The notes beneath the pieces were generated by a model. It was not told the DNA's origin. It ran no database searches and saw only the letters and a program-made list of their open reading frames with translations. A stretch of DNA of 64,000 nucleotides from Protoeuglena noctilucae (Eukaryota): assembly GCA_958009085.1 (NCBI GenBank), contig OY253668.1, positions 1,054,001 through 1,118,000 on the forward strand. Direction: 5' to 3'. How positions within the stretch are numbered: the first letter of the stretch is position 1; every line of letters begins with the position of its first letter. Both the position numbers and the translations under genes were made by a program. Shown here piece by piece: positions 12,501 through 22,293 of this stretch.

Positions 12501-12816
12501 CGGGGGTGGGGTGTGCATGGCTGTGGTGGCGGGGGCGGGCGTGGATTGCTGAGGGAGGGGTGGGTCGTGGTTCGCATGTCGAGCGGAAGCGGTTTGCATC
12601 GGTGTCGATGTGTTTGCTGCTTTTCGACATCGACAGTCTTGTAAGGGCAGTGGCCGCGCTCACACCGAACGGCCACGCCCGTCGCGTGCAATGCAGACCC
12701 AGGCGCTGTTCCCGACGCTGACGTCGCTGGTGGCCGTGGAGGTCTGTCCCGGGGACGTCCGCGTGGCGCTGGCGGACCTGCTGGATGCGCAGGTGGGCCC
12801 GATGCTGGCCCCGTGA
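3507..12816 (+). CDS. BIG/Sec7-family large ARF guanine nucleotide exchange factor (DCB-HUS-Sec7-HDS); about 18 exons
   Basis: DCB (AIDCLQKLV, ELQVLKAL), HUS box (DLFANYDCDLNGSNLFER), Sec7 catalytic motif [21 protein letters not shown] and AYVLAFSVIMLNTDAHNP, and HDS motifs (KIVEVAHHNMGRIRLVW, MKFLERDELGNFSFQNDFLRPF, NIKSGWK, ALNAIAFLRFCA). Confidence 0.95.
8572..8660 (+). repeat. Intronic degenerate (CTCTCA/CACT) low-complexity repeat
   Basis: Runs such as cactctcactcttactctcacccacactcccactctcccccccactctcactct inside a BIG intron. Confidence 0.6.
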
Positions 12817-13093
12817 GGGGAGAGGGACGGGGCAAAGGGAGGGGAACGAGGGAAGCTTACAACAGGTTGCGCCGTGGGCGGCCATTGGCCATTAATGCAC
12901 GTGTTTTGAATACCTCAGCGAGCCTTTGCGGAGGGAATGGAGCTGACACGGTGCCAAGCAGCGGCCCGAGTCGGGACATTTCAGGAATGGACATGGCTAC
13001 CATCTGCCAAAAGAGGCACGAGGGCTTGGCGAGCTGTCTCCTAATATGCTGTTGGGAAGCGCCTTCTCATGCCCATCAACAGACACCCCACCG

Positions 13094-14051
13094 TCAGTGC
13101 CACGGCCGGTCCTCCCGACCCTCCCGGGACAGAGCCCCCGAGTCCTGCATGCGCCTCTCCTGCAGACACGGTCCTGACATGCGATATAGCCCACTGCACT
13201 GACTTGTCACAGCCCTTCCATCACAATGCAAATGCACGCAGCCCCTCACCAGCGCCGCCCACGGATCCTCCACCATTGAAGGGTGGAAGTAGGAACGCCC
13301 ACCCCTACCGCCCCCACCGCCCCCGCCACCCCCGCCACCCCCGCCACCCCCACCATCCCAGCGCCCACGCCGGCCACCCCCTCGCCCACCCCAGCCCCTG
13401 CCTCCCCGTCCGCCCTCGGTCCGCCGCGCCTTGTTGGGCGGACCCTCCATCTGCCACCCCCAGGCCGCGCCACTGCCTGCGCATCGCGAGGCATGGACCG
13501 CTCAGTGGGGAGCAGGCGTGCCAATGACGTGGATGTGACGATGGAGCGAAAAACACTCACCCGGCGGGAATGGTTGTGGCGGGCCAGGCGGCGGTCCCGG
13601 CGGCGGGCCGGGCAGCCCCGAGCCGGGTGGGGGCGGGAAGGGTGCGTGGAAAGCAGGCATGCTGCCTGGCCCGGGCCCGGCTGGCTGGTGCACGTTCGCG
13701 AAAGCAGCCATGGGATTCCGAGGCGCCGCGTCGGGCATCCCGCGCTTGTATGAGGCGGCGGGGTCGCTGAAAAAGCTGAAAGTGCTCGACGCGCCGGGGG
13801 CGGGACCCGGGGCAGGGTCGTCCGCGAGTGGGTTGGCCAGGAGTCCTGCGAGACACGACAAGAGTCGCTTCTGATTGCCGATCCCGAGTAGAAGCGCCGC
13901 GCCGGGAAAACACAGGGAGAAGAAGCGCACACGCACCGGTAGGACGGGGCAGCGAAGACGCGGGCGGGGCCGAGGCGCTCGCGGCCTGCGCCTCCGCAGC
14001 ACGGGCCTTGAGAGCTAGCAGGCGCGCACGCCTAGCCTCGGCTTCCTCCAT
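13094..14051 (-). CDS. SICKLE/MPLKIP(TTDN1)-like proline- and RGG-rich protein; about 4 exons
   Basis: N-terminal MEEAEARRARLLALK, LANPLAD and FSFFSDPAASY, a Pro-rich middle, a Gly/RGG tract and a C-terminal YFHPSMVEDPWAAL (MPLKIP motif YFxxSMxEDPW). This is the same motif order as plant SICKLE. Confidence 0.75.
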
Positions 14052-14336
14052 CCCCGGCGGCGAATAACGCGAGCCGTGTCTGGAACTGCACCGCGAACGT
14101 TCCTAGGACACAAAGGGACACCCCACAAGCCCGGCCCGCACGGACGCCCGCTCCTCGACTGCCGCAGCGTCGGGAGGGTTCGTTCGTCGAGGGTTGCTGC
14201 CACACTCGATTCGGGCGTCTTGTCAGAACGGGACCTTCCGGCAGCGGCGTCTTGGGCGCCCCCTGCCCTCGGAGCACGCGCACGTATGCAGCCATCGGGG
14301 GTGTGACGTCGCGGCCGGCGGCAGCGGGTGGCCAGG

Positions 14337-15691
14337 ATGTCACTTCGGAGGCTCAGCGCCCTTCGCGGGGCCCTGTCGGGCCACCTGTTCCGGGGAACAG
14401 GTCAGCCGCGCCCCGCCCCTTCCCACATCTACGTTCCTGTCCCGGGCCTCGGCCGGAGGGGCCTAGCCCCGCCCGGGTCCCCTGCCCTGCCCTGCTGACG
14501 CGATCCGGGGCTCGGATGCGCTTCCAGAGGGTCACCGATCGCTTTTCCTCCCGCACTCTGTCGCTGGACGCGGCCGGCAGGGCCCTCGCGTGACCCCGGC
14601 CGCGTTCAAGACCGAGGGCGGGAGCGCCGGTGCCCTTTTGGCACCCCCGCGACGGCAGTCCCATCTCTTAGCTCGAGCTTTGTCGCGCGGGCGCCTCCTG
14701 GCGGCAGGGCCCGCCGGCGGTCTCGGGCAGGTGCTCCCAGCAGGCTTGACGGGAACCCGGCCTCCCTGCGCGCAGGCGAGGGGGCTGCGCCCGCGGTGGC
14801 TGGTTTCCACAGCTCTCCGTCGACATCGGCCAAGGATAAGGCGTCCTTGGCGGAGGCCTCGAGCATCATTCAGCAGAAAATTGCCCAGCTGGGTTCGGGG
14901 GCCAAGCTCGCCGAAGTGGGCAGGTGCGACGCCCGGAGCGGGGTCCTATGCTTCCCACGACGCCGTCTGCGCCGCGCTCCGCGACCGGGCCGGCCCCCGC
15001 GCGCGTCTGCCCCGCAACGGGCACGGGGTTGTCAGTTCCGCAGCCCGGCGCGCAGCTCGGGGGAGCGCCGGGATCCCGGGCGGCTCTTTGTACGCTAAAC
15101 TGCGCATCGGCCGGTGCACTCGGGGCCAGGGGCGGCCTGGGACGCCGGCAGGGGCCCGCGCACCCGAGTCCTTCTTCCCGCCCGATGCGCGCAGGGTGCT
15201 GACCATCGGCGATGGTATTGCGCGCATCTATGGCTTGTCGAAGGTGAAGGCCGGCGAGCTGGTCGAGTTCTCGGCGGGGGTCCAGGGCATGGCGCTGAAC
15301 CTGGAGGAGGACAACGTGGGTGTGGTGGTCTTCGGTTCGGACAGGCGAGCCGCGGACGCGCGCAGGGGTGCATCGGCGCTGCGGCAGCACCGCCCGGCGG
15401 CCCCGGCGAGCGCCGGCGTCCCGCGCCCGCAGGGAGATCAAGGAGGGCGACATCGTGAAGCGCACGCAGCGCATCGTGGACGTGCCCGTGGGCGAGGGCC
15501 TCCTCGGCCGCGTGGTGGATGGCCTCGGGCAGCCGATCGACGGCGCCGGCCCCATCCAGGCCAAGGAGCGCCGCCGGGTGGAGCTGAAGGCCCCGGGCAT
15601 CATCGCGCGCAAGTCCGTGCACGAGCCGCTCATGACGGGCCTCAAGTGCGTCGACTCGCTGGTGCCCATCGGCCGCGGGCAGCGTGAGCTC

Positions 15692-15726
<35 letters not shown>

Positions 15727-16894
15727 GGCGGTCGACACCATCCTCCACCAGAAGAACACGGACGTGTTCTGCATCTACGTCGCCGTCGGGCAGAAGCGCT
15801 CCACCGTCGCCAACCTCGTCCGCATTCTCCGCGAGAACGGCGCCGACAAGTACTCGATCATCGTGGCCGCCACCGCCTCCGACCCGGCCCCGCTGCAGTT
15901 CCTGGCCCCCTACTCCGGGTGCGCCATGGGCGAGTGGTTCCGCGACAACGGCAAGCACGCCCTCATCATCTACGACGACCTCTCCAAGCAGGCCGTCGCC
16001 TACCGCCAGATGTCCCTCCTCCTCCGCCGCCCCCCCGGCCGCGAGGCCTACCCCGGCGACGTCTTCTACCTCCACTCGCGCCTCCTCGAGCGCGCCGCCA
16101 AGGCGAGCCAGCAGCCGCGGGAGCCAGGGGCGTGGCGTGCGGTTCCACGCGCCGCTGTCGCTCCTTGCGTCCTTGCGCCCACCCCGCCGCCTATGTGTCC
16201 TCCGCGCCCCTGCCTGCCCCGGCCCCGCGCCCGTGCCGCTCTCCGCTTCGCCGACGACCCCGCCGCCCCTCCCTTCCGCCCCCCGCAGATGTCGGACGAG
16301 ATGGGCGCGGGCTCCCTGACGGCCCTGCCGGTGATCGAGACGCAGGCGGGTGACGTGTCCGCGTACATCCCCACCAACCTTATCTCCATCACGGACGGCC
16401 AGATCTTCCTCGAGACGGAGCTCTTCTACAAGGGCGTGCGCCCGGCCATCAACGTCGGCCTGAGCGTGTCGCGCGTGGGGTCGGCCGCGCAGGTCAAGGC
16501 CATGAAGCAGGTCGCGGGCACGATGAAGCTGGAGCTGGCGCAGTACCGTGAGGTGGCGGCGTTCGCGCAGTTCGGGTCCGACCTGGACGAGGCCACGCAG
16601 AAGCTGCTCAACCGCGGCGCGCGCCTGACCGAGGTGCTCAAGCAGGACCAGTACAGCCCCATGGCGATGGAGAGCATGGTCGTGCTGCTCTTCGGCGCCA
16701 CGCGGGGGTACCTCGACGGCCTTCCCGTCTCGGCCGTGCGCACGTTCGAGTCCAAGGTGATGGCTGACCCCGGCCTCAAGCCCCTCATGGAGACCATCAG
16801 CAAGGAGAAGGTCATCTCCCCCGCCACGGACAAGGCCCTGCACGAGCGCATGGCCGACATCGTGTCCCAGGTCAAGACCACCCTCAAGCTCTGA
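14337..16894 (+). CDS. ATP1: Mitochondrial F1-ATP synthase subunit alpha, nucleus-encoded, with targeting presequence; at least 5 exons
   Basis: Exon 1 (14337-14400) encodes the presequence [20 protein letters not shown]. Later exons give [12 protein letters not shown], the P-loop [52 protein letters not shown] and [25 protein letters not shown] and [11 protein letters not shown] are mitochondrial-type. Introns 15345-15432 and 16103-16288 are GC-AG. Confidence 0.96.
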
Positions 16895-17352
16895 GCTGTG
16901 AGAGGGAGTGGCAGTGCCAGTGGGGCTGCCCCGCCCTGTCCCTGCCGTGGCTAGCCCATCCCTTGGGGTTATTCGGGTAGAGGAGAGCCGGTGGGGGTAG
17001 GGGTGGGTGCGTGGCCGGTCGCTGGGGCGGCACAGCTGGGCAGGGAAGGGGTGTGGGTAGGGTGGGGTGGTCGGGGAGGGCCGCGTGCTGCCGGGCCGTG
17101 TCTCCGGTCGGCCGCGCCCGTGTCATGTCAGACTCCGGTGGAAGGGTCGGCGTCGGGCGCTCTGCCCGCGAGCGGCCGATGCGTTTTTGAAAGGCGAACC
17201 GTCTGTGTCAACTGAATCGGCCGCACCCGTCGCTGGAGTTTCAATCATGTCAGTCGCCAATCAGGGGGATGTGTGCCCCATAGTTTGCTGTCTGTCTCTA
17301 CAGCACGTGCGGACAGGGTGGGTTTCACAGCACCAGCATGTGTTTGTGTCCG

Positions 17353-19768
17353 TCACGGTAGGGTAGGGTACGGCACGCGGTCGTCGAACAGTGAGAAGTC
17401 CTCCCCCTCGGTGCGCATCAGCGCCACGAAGTCCCCCAGCCCGATGACCCCGTCCCGACCCTCCAGGACCTCGCGGATGGCACCCTCCGCGTCGTCGGGC
17501 GCCTCGCACGCGTCGTGGCAAATCACCTCCTGCACCTCCTCGCTAGACAGAAGGCCCGATTGGCTGCGGTTAAACTCGGCAAACACCTCCCGCACCCAAC
17601 CCTCCCACTGCGGGGCACGGCGGGGGCACAGTGGGGGCGTTGTGACGCGCACACCCCGCCCCTCACCCCACAGGCAACCCGCGCCTCGTACTTACAGACA
17701 CATTGGCTACCCTTGCATGAGCGCCGCAACCCACCATCCCACCGTCCCTCCCCAGCTCACCTCGGGCAGCTCCTGAACCCGCTTCCAGTCCACCACGGCC
17801 GCCATCCACTCGTCCCGGTCGACGAGGCCGTCCCTGAGCACGTCCACGCCCGCCAGCAGCTGCCGCACCTCCTCCTCCGACACAGCGAACCCAGACAAGA
17901 TGTGCGCGAAGTCGCGGTACGTCAGCCGGCCGCCGTGGGAGGGGTCGACGCGATCGGGGACCGACGCCAGGCTGACCAGGTCGGTCGTTTGGAAGGCCGG
18001 GTGGGAGGCATGAGACTGGGCGGGGGCGGCGAGGGTGGAGGGGTGCGTGGGCTGGCGTGAGGGAGAGTGAGGGGGCGGGGACGGTCACACAGAGACGCTC
18101 GGGGTGGTACGAGTAAGGGAGTCGAATGTCACCTGCACGATCCTCAACAGCGCCTCCTGCTTGATCTTCGGGAACGTCGCGAAGCACTGCAGCCGCTGCA
18201 CGATGCTGACGTCCAGGTCCAGCCCCGCAGCGCGGCCGTCGCCGTTGCCGGCGTGTCCCGGGGCGGGGCGCGCGGGGCGGCTGAGCCAGGGATGCGACAG
18301 CGCTTCCAGCGCCGACATGCGCTGGGCGGGGTCCCGCACCAGCAGACGCGACACGAAGTCACGCGCCTCTGCCGACTGCGGGGGACGTGCAGATGTGTGT
18401 GCACTGGTGGGGATGTAAGGGACGGAGGAACTCTGCACCGCTTTACGCAGACAGCCCACCACGCTCCCTCACTCGTGCACCCCACCTCCCCCATCCCTGC
18501 TCACCAACTCCCCCCAAGGCTCGCTTTCAAAGTCAAGGTCCGCATAGAGAATGGCCTTGAAGAGCTCCTTGGTCCCACGAAGCTTGCCGTCCTCCCCCAG
18601 GGCACTCGCCAGCTCCTCCGCGTAGGGACCGGTGAAGGGCTGCCGGCCAACGAGCATGCGGTAGGCAAGTATCCCGGCGCTCCACAGGTCCGATTCGATC
18701 CCATACGACTCCCGCACCACCTCGGGTGCCAGGTACGCGGGGCTGCCCGCCCGGTCGGTGCACCGCTGCCCGGGACGCACATACCACGCAATGCCAAAGT
18801 CAATGGCCTTGACGGGGCTGTCCAAGTCCCGGCTCAGCAGCATGAAGTTGCCCGGCTTGACGTCGCGCATGAGGATGTTCTTGGCGTGGCACTGCGCGAC
18901 CGCCTGCACCACTCCCCGTATCAACCGCCTCGCCTGCGTCTCTGGCACGGGCCCGCCTGACATGAAGTCGCCCAGGTCGCCCCCCTTGCAGTACTCAAGC
19001 ACCAGGTACACCATGCAGCGGTCCTCGTACGCGCCGTACAGGTACGCGACGTTCAGGGAGCGGCCTGCAGGAGAGGGTGGGGTGGGAGGATGCGCCGTCC
19101 ATGCGTGCTGGGACCGACCCCTGCAGGTGGCACTGGCGATGACCGGTGCTTACCCAGGGTGCGCAGCATGTCGACCTCGTGGTGCACACGGGCGGCGAAC
19201 TGGGTCTCCAACGACGCCTGGCCCTTCTGGCAGCGCTTGGTCATGATCTTCACGGCGAACGTCTCGCCTGTGGCGCGGTGCGTGCAGAGGCGCACCACGG
19301 CGAAGGACCCGCGGCCAAGCATCCCCCCCATCTCGAAATCACGATCGAAGTCCTTCTTGAGGCCTAGGTCCAGCACACGCGGGGTTGCCTCCGGGGGCCA
19401 CGAGCCCTCGTCATAGCCGGGGACGCTGCAGGCGACAAGGTTCGGAACTCGGCCTACTTCCGCGTGCCGTGACAGCTCGAGTGCACATGACTGACACGAA
19501 AAGAGCACTTGCGCTCGCAAAGGGGCCGGCTCGCGTGCCTTTCGCGCCACGCAAGCCCCAACAGACATGGGCCAGCTCACCTACACTGGACGTCGCACTC
19601 CAAGTGCCCCAGGTCATCCTGTCCCTGCTTGTAGCTAAGGGCGATTTTGCGCGCAGGCTCGGGCGCCCGAGGGTTGGATCTCCTTAGCCAGGGCGTGCCA
19701 CACGGACATTGCACCACAGACAATCTCCTCTGCCAGCCGTGGCAGGGACTGCGCGCGGCGACTGCCAT
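17353..19768 (-). CDS. Calcium-dependent protein kinase (CDPK)-like kinase with junction domain and degenerate EF-hands; multi-exon
   Basis: LGRGSFAVV, FAVK, LVLEYCKGG, MRDVKPGNF, AIDFG, GSPAYLAPE and SDLWSAG; junction SIVQRLQCFATFPKIKQEALL; four EF-like loops. The start codon is tentative. Confidence 0.9.
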
Positions 19769-20161
19769 CGCGTGGCTTAAACGCACATCAAGCGCGCCTC
19801 GATGGCTGCGCTGGCTGAGTCGAGAGGCCGTTTAGGAGGCTGGTCAGAACTGGATGCAACAGGAGAGCCGAGCGGTGCGGTGGTGGCGCTTATTTCAAAC
19901 ACATGAGTTCGTGAACGAGATTCCGCTGTGTTTGCTTCCGGTATCGAGGGATCCTGCGGTGTCAGGTCAGACGCCAGCGGTTTCGCTCTCTTCGCGCGCC
20001 TCGTGCAGCGCCCTGCTCAGAGATTGTCGAGCTGGGAGTGCAGTCACGCGCAGAGAAGCGGGCGAAGCGGTGCAGCGAAGTATCAGCACGCTACGGAGGG
20101 GAGACGCGCGTGCGACTGCCGCCCAGGTGGCTGAGGTCGCCCCGGGGGGGCTGGCGCCTGG

Positions 20162-21950
20162 ATGGAGATAGACTCGTTAGCGAGTGACCTGTCGGCGCGG
20201 GCGGGGAGGATCATCCTGCGACTGGATGATGGGTCCGTCATCACCAGTGCGGCGAGGGCCCGGGGGGAGCAGGTGAGCCGGGCCAGGCCTCAGCGGATGC
20301 AAGTATTGCACCGCGAGAAGGCAGCCAGCTGCTTGCACGCGGCGTCGGCGCGTCCGATGGCAGGGGCGCGGGCATCCAGTGCCGATGTGGCGGCCCAGCT
20401 TTTTCCCGCCCACCCGGGTCTCCCGCCGGGCGCGGTGCTCCTGACGGGACTCAAACGCACGCCTCCTTTCACATCGCTGCCCCGATGCTCGGCAAGACGC
20501 CTCGCGCGCGGTCGTAGTTTTGATGCTGCACTGCCGGGCCCGTCACACCTTCCCCGCGGCCGGCCCGCAGAAGAAGGGCGCAGTCAAGATCGCACCGGTG
20601 CAGGCCATGGAGCTCGGTTTGACGAAGCGCGAGCAGGTGCGCCCAGCTGCGCGCCGCACCTCGTGCTCGTGCTAACGGGATGCCTTTCGTGGAGCGCGGC
20701 GCTCCACGCGTCCCCCTCCGCTCGCGGCGCGCGCAGGTCGTGAATTTCAACCACATGGTCATGGTGATGAAGGAACTGGTGGCCATGCGCCGTCAGTCGG
20801 TCATGGACAAGTTGGCTCCCGTCGCGCCCGCCCAGCTGCGGCCCTCCGCGGCGGCCCTCGCCGCGCCCGCGACCGGCGACACGATCGCGACGGGCCGTCC
20901 GCCCCGCGCGGCCGCCGTCGCGGCGTCGATGGCCGTGGCGAACGGCCTCATGGCCCAGGCCCTCTCCGACAGCATGGGCGACGGGGACCAGGCGTGGCGC
21001 GAGCCCTGCCGCGTCATGCTCGAGGCGATGAAGAAGGAACTGGCCAAGCGCAACCTCCTCGGCGTCTTCGACCGTCCCGTCAACCCCGTTGAGCTCCCCA
21101 CCTACCACACCGGTGCGATGGGTGCTACATTGCCCGTCTATCCACCCCGCTGTTCCATTCCTGGTTAACTCCTGCCTCCGTTCCTACTCTCCTGCCCTCG
21201 CTCCCTTCGCTCCCCCTTCGCTCCCCCCACTCACCTTGCTTTCCCCGCTCAGTCACGCTCCCTCCACTCCCGCCCTCGCCTTCGCCCGACCGCCCACTCG
21301 CTCTCCCTCCACTCCCCTCCCCCCCACACCCCCCCGCAGTCATCAAGCGCCCCATGGACCTGGGCACGATCGAGGAGCGCCTGAACGGCACGGCAGACGG
21401 CGCCTACTCGGCCCCGCAGCAGTTCTGCGACGACGTTCAGCTGGTGTGGTCCAACGCCAAGCGCTTCAACCGGAGCGAGACGCTCTTCTACCATGTGGCG
21501 GACGAGATCGACCGCATGTTCACGCGCATGTGGCGCGACAGCGGCCTGGCGCAGGCGGCGGCGCGGGCCAGGAGGGCCAATGCGGGGGTGCCGGCGCGGC
21601 AGGTGTACGAGCTGCCGGCCGAGCCGGACACCCCGGGGGACACCCCGCGGCCCACGCGGAGCCGTGGGACGAGCGGGGGCGCCAAGCGCCGCAGGGACGC
21701 GGACGGCGACGCGTCGGCGGGGTCGGTGCGGCTGCACGCGGGCCGCGGCCAGATGTCGACCGACGACGTGGTGAGGGTGGCGGAGGAGCTGCAGGCGGCG
21801 TTTGCGAGCGAGGAGGACACGCCCGCGAAGGCGCTGATCCTGGAGGTGCTGAGCCGCGCCAACGCCATCCACGACGACGAGGTGGACTTTGAGCGCCTCG
21901 ACACCCGGAGCCTGTGGGAGCTGAGGGACATCTTGGACAAGTACGCGTGA
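20162..21950 (+). CDS. Bromodomain and extra-terminal (GTE/BET-like) protein; 3 exons
   Basis: Bromodomain FDRPVNPVELPTYHT/VIKRPMDLGTIEERL...FCDDVQLVWSNAKRFN, and a C-terminal ET-like segment EVDFERLDTRSLWEL. The 5' end is tentative. Confidence 0.85.
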
Positions 21951-22293
21951 GGCCGCCAGGGCGATCCCGCGAGGGCGGGGCGGGGGGTGGTTGAAGACGG
22001 AAGACGGAATTAAGAGGCATTAGTTAGACAGTCGCTGGCAGCAGAGGGCGGCGTAGCGATATGGCGAAGGGGATGGGGCACACAGCACGTCACTTGTCGC
22101 TCAAACGATCACATTCGACGACTTGTGGCTGGGGGGTTTCGTTCCATCTCTGGCAATGGGGTTTCAACAGTACTGAAAACGTGAGGTGCGACTCAGGCCA
22201 CCCAGCTGCTACCCCCAAACCCCTTATTTCCACCCTTAGACACTCCCACCTCCGCACCACCGCACCCATCGCTCCCAACGGGTCACCCCCGCG

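Noticed and set aside
13305..13360. CCCCGCCAC tandem repeat
   Set aside because: It is the poly-Gly coding tract of the SICKLE-like gene on the minus strand, not a separate element.
16103..16288. Apparent 62-aa Pro-rich insertion in ATP1 in the ORF track
   Set aside because: It is an in-frame 186-nt GC-AG intron; removing it restores the conserved ERAAKMSD.
1050..16894. PAB and ATP1 as an ATP synthase gene cluster
   Set aside because: They serve different organelles (plastid versus mitochondrion) and are separated by unrelated genes.
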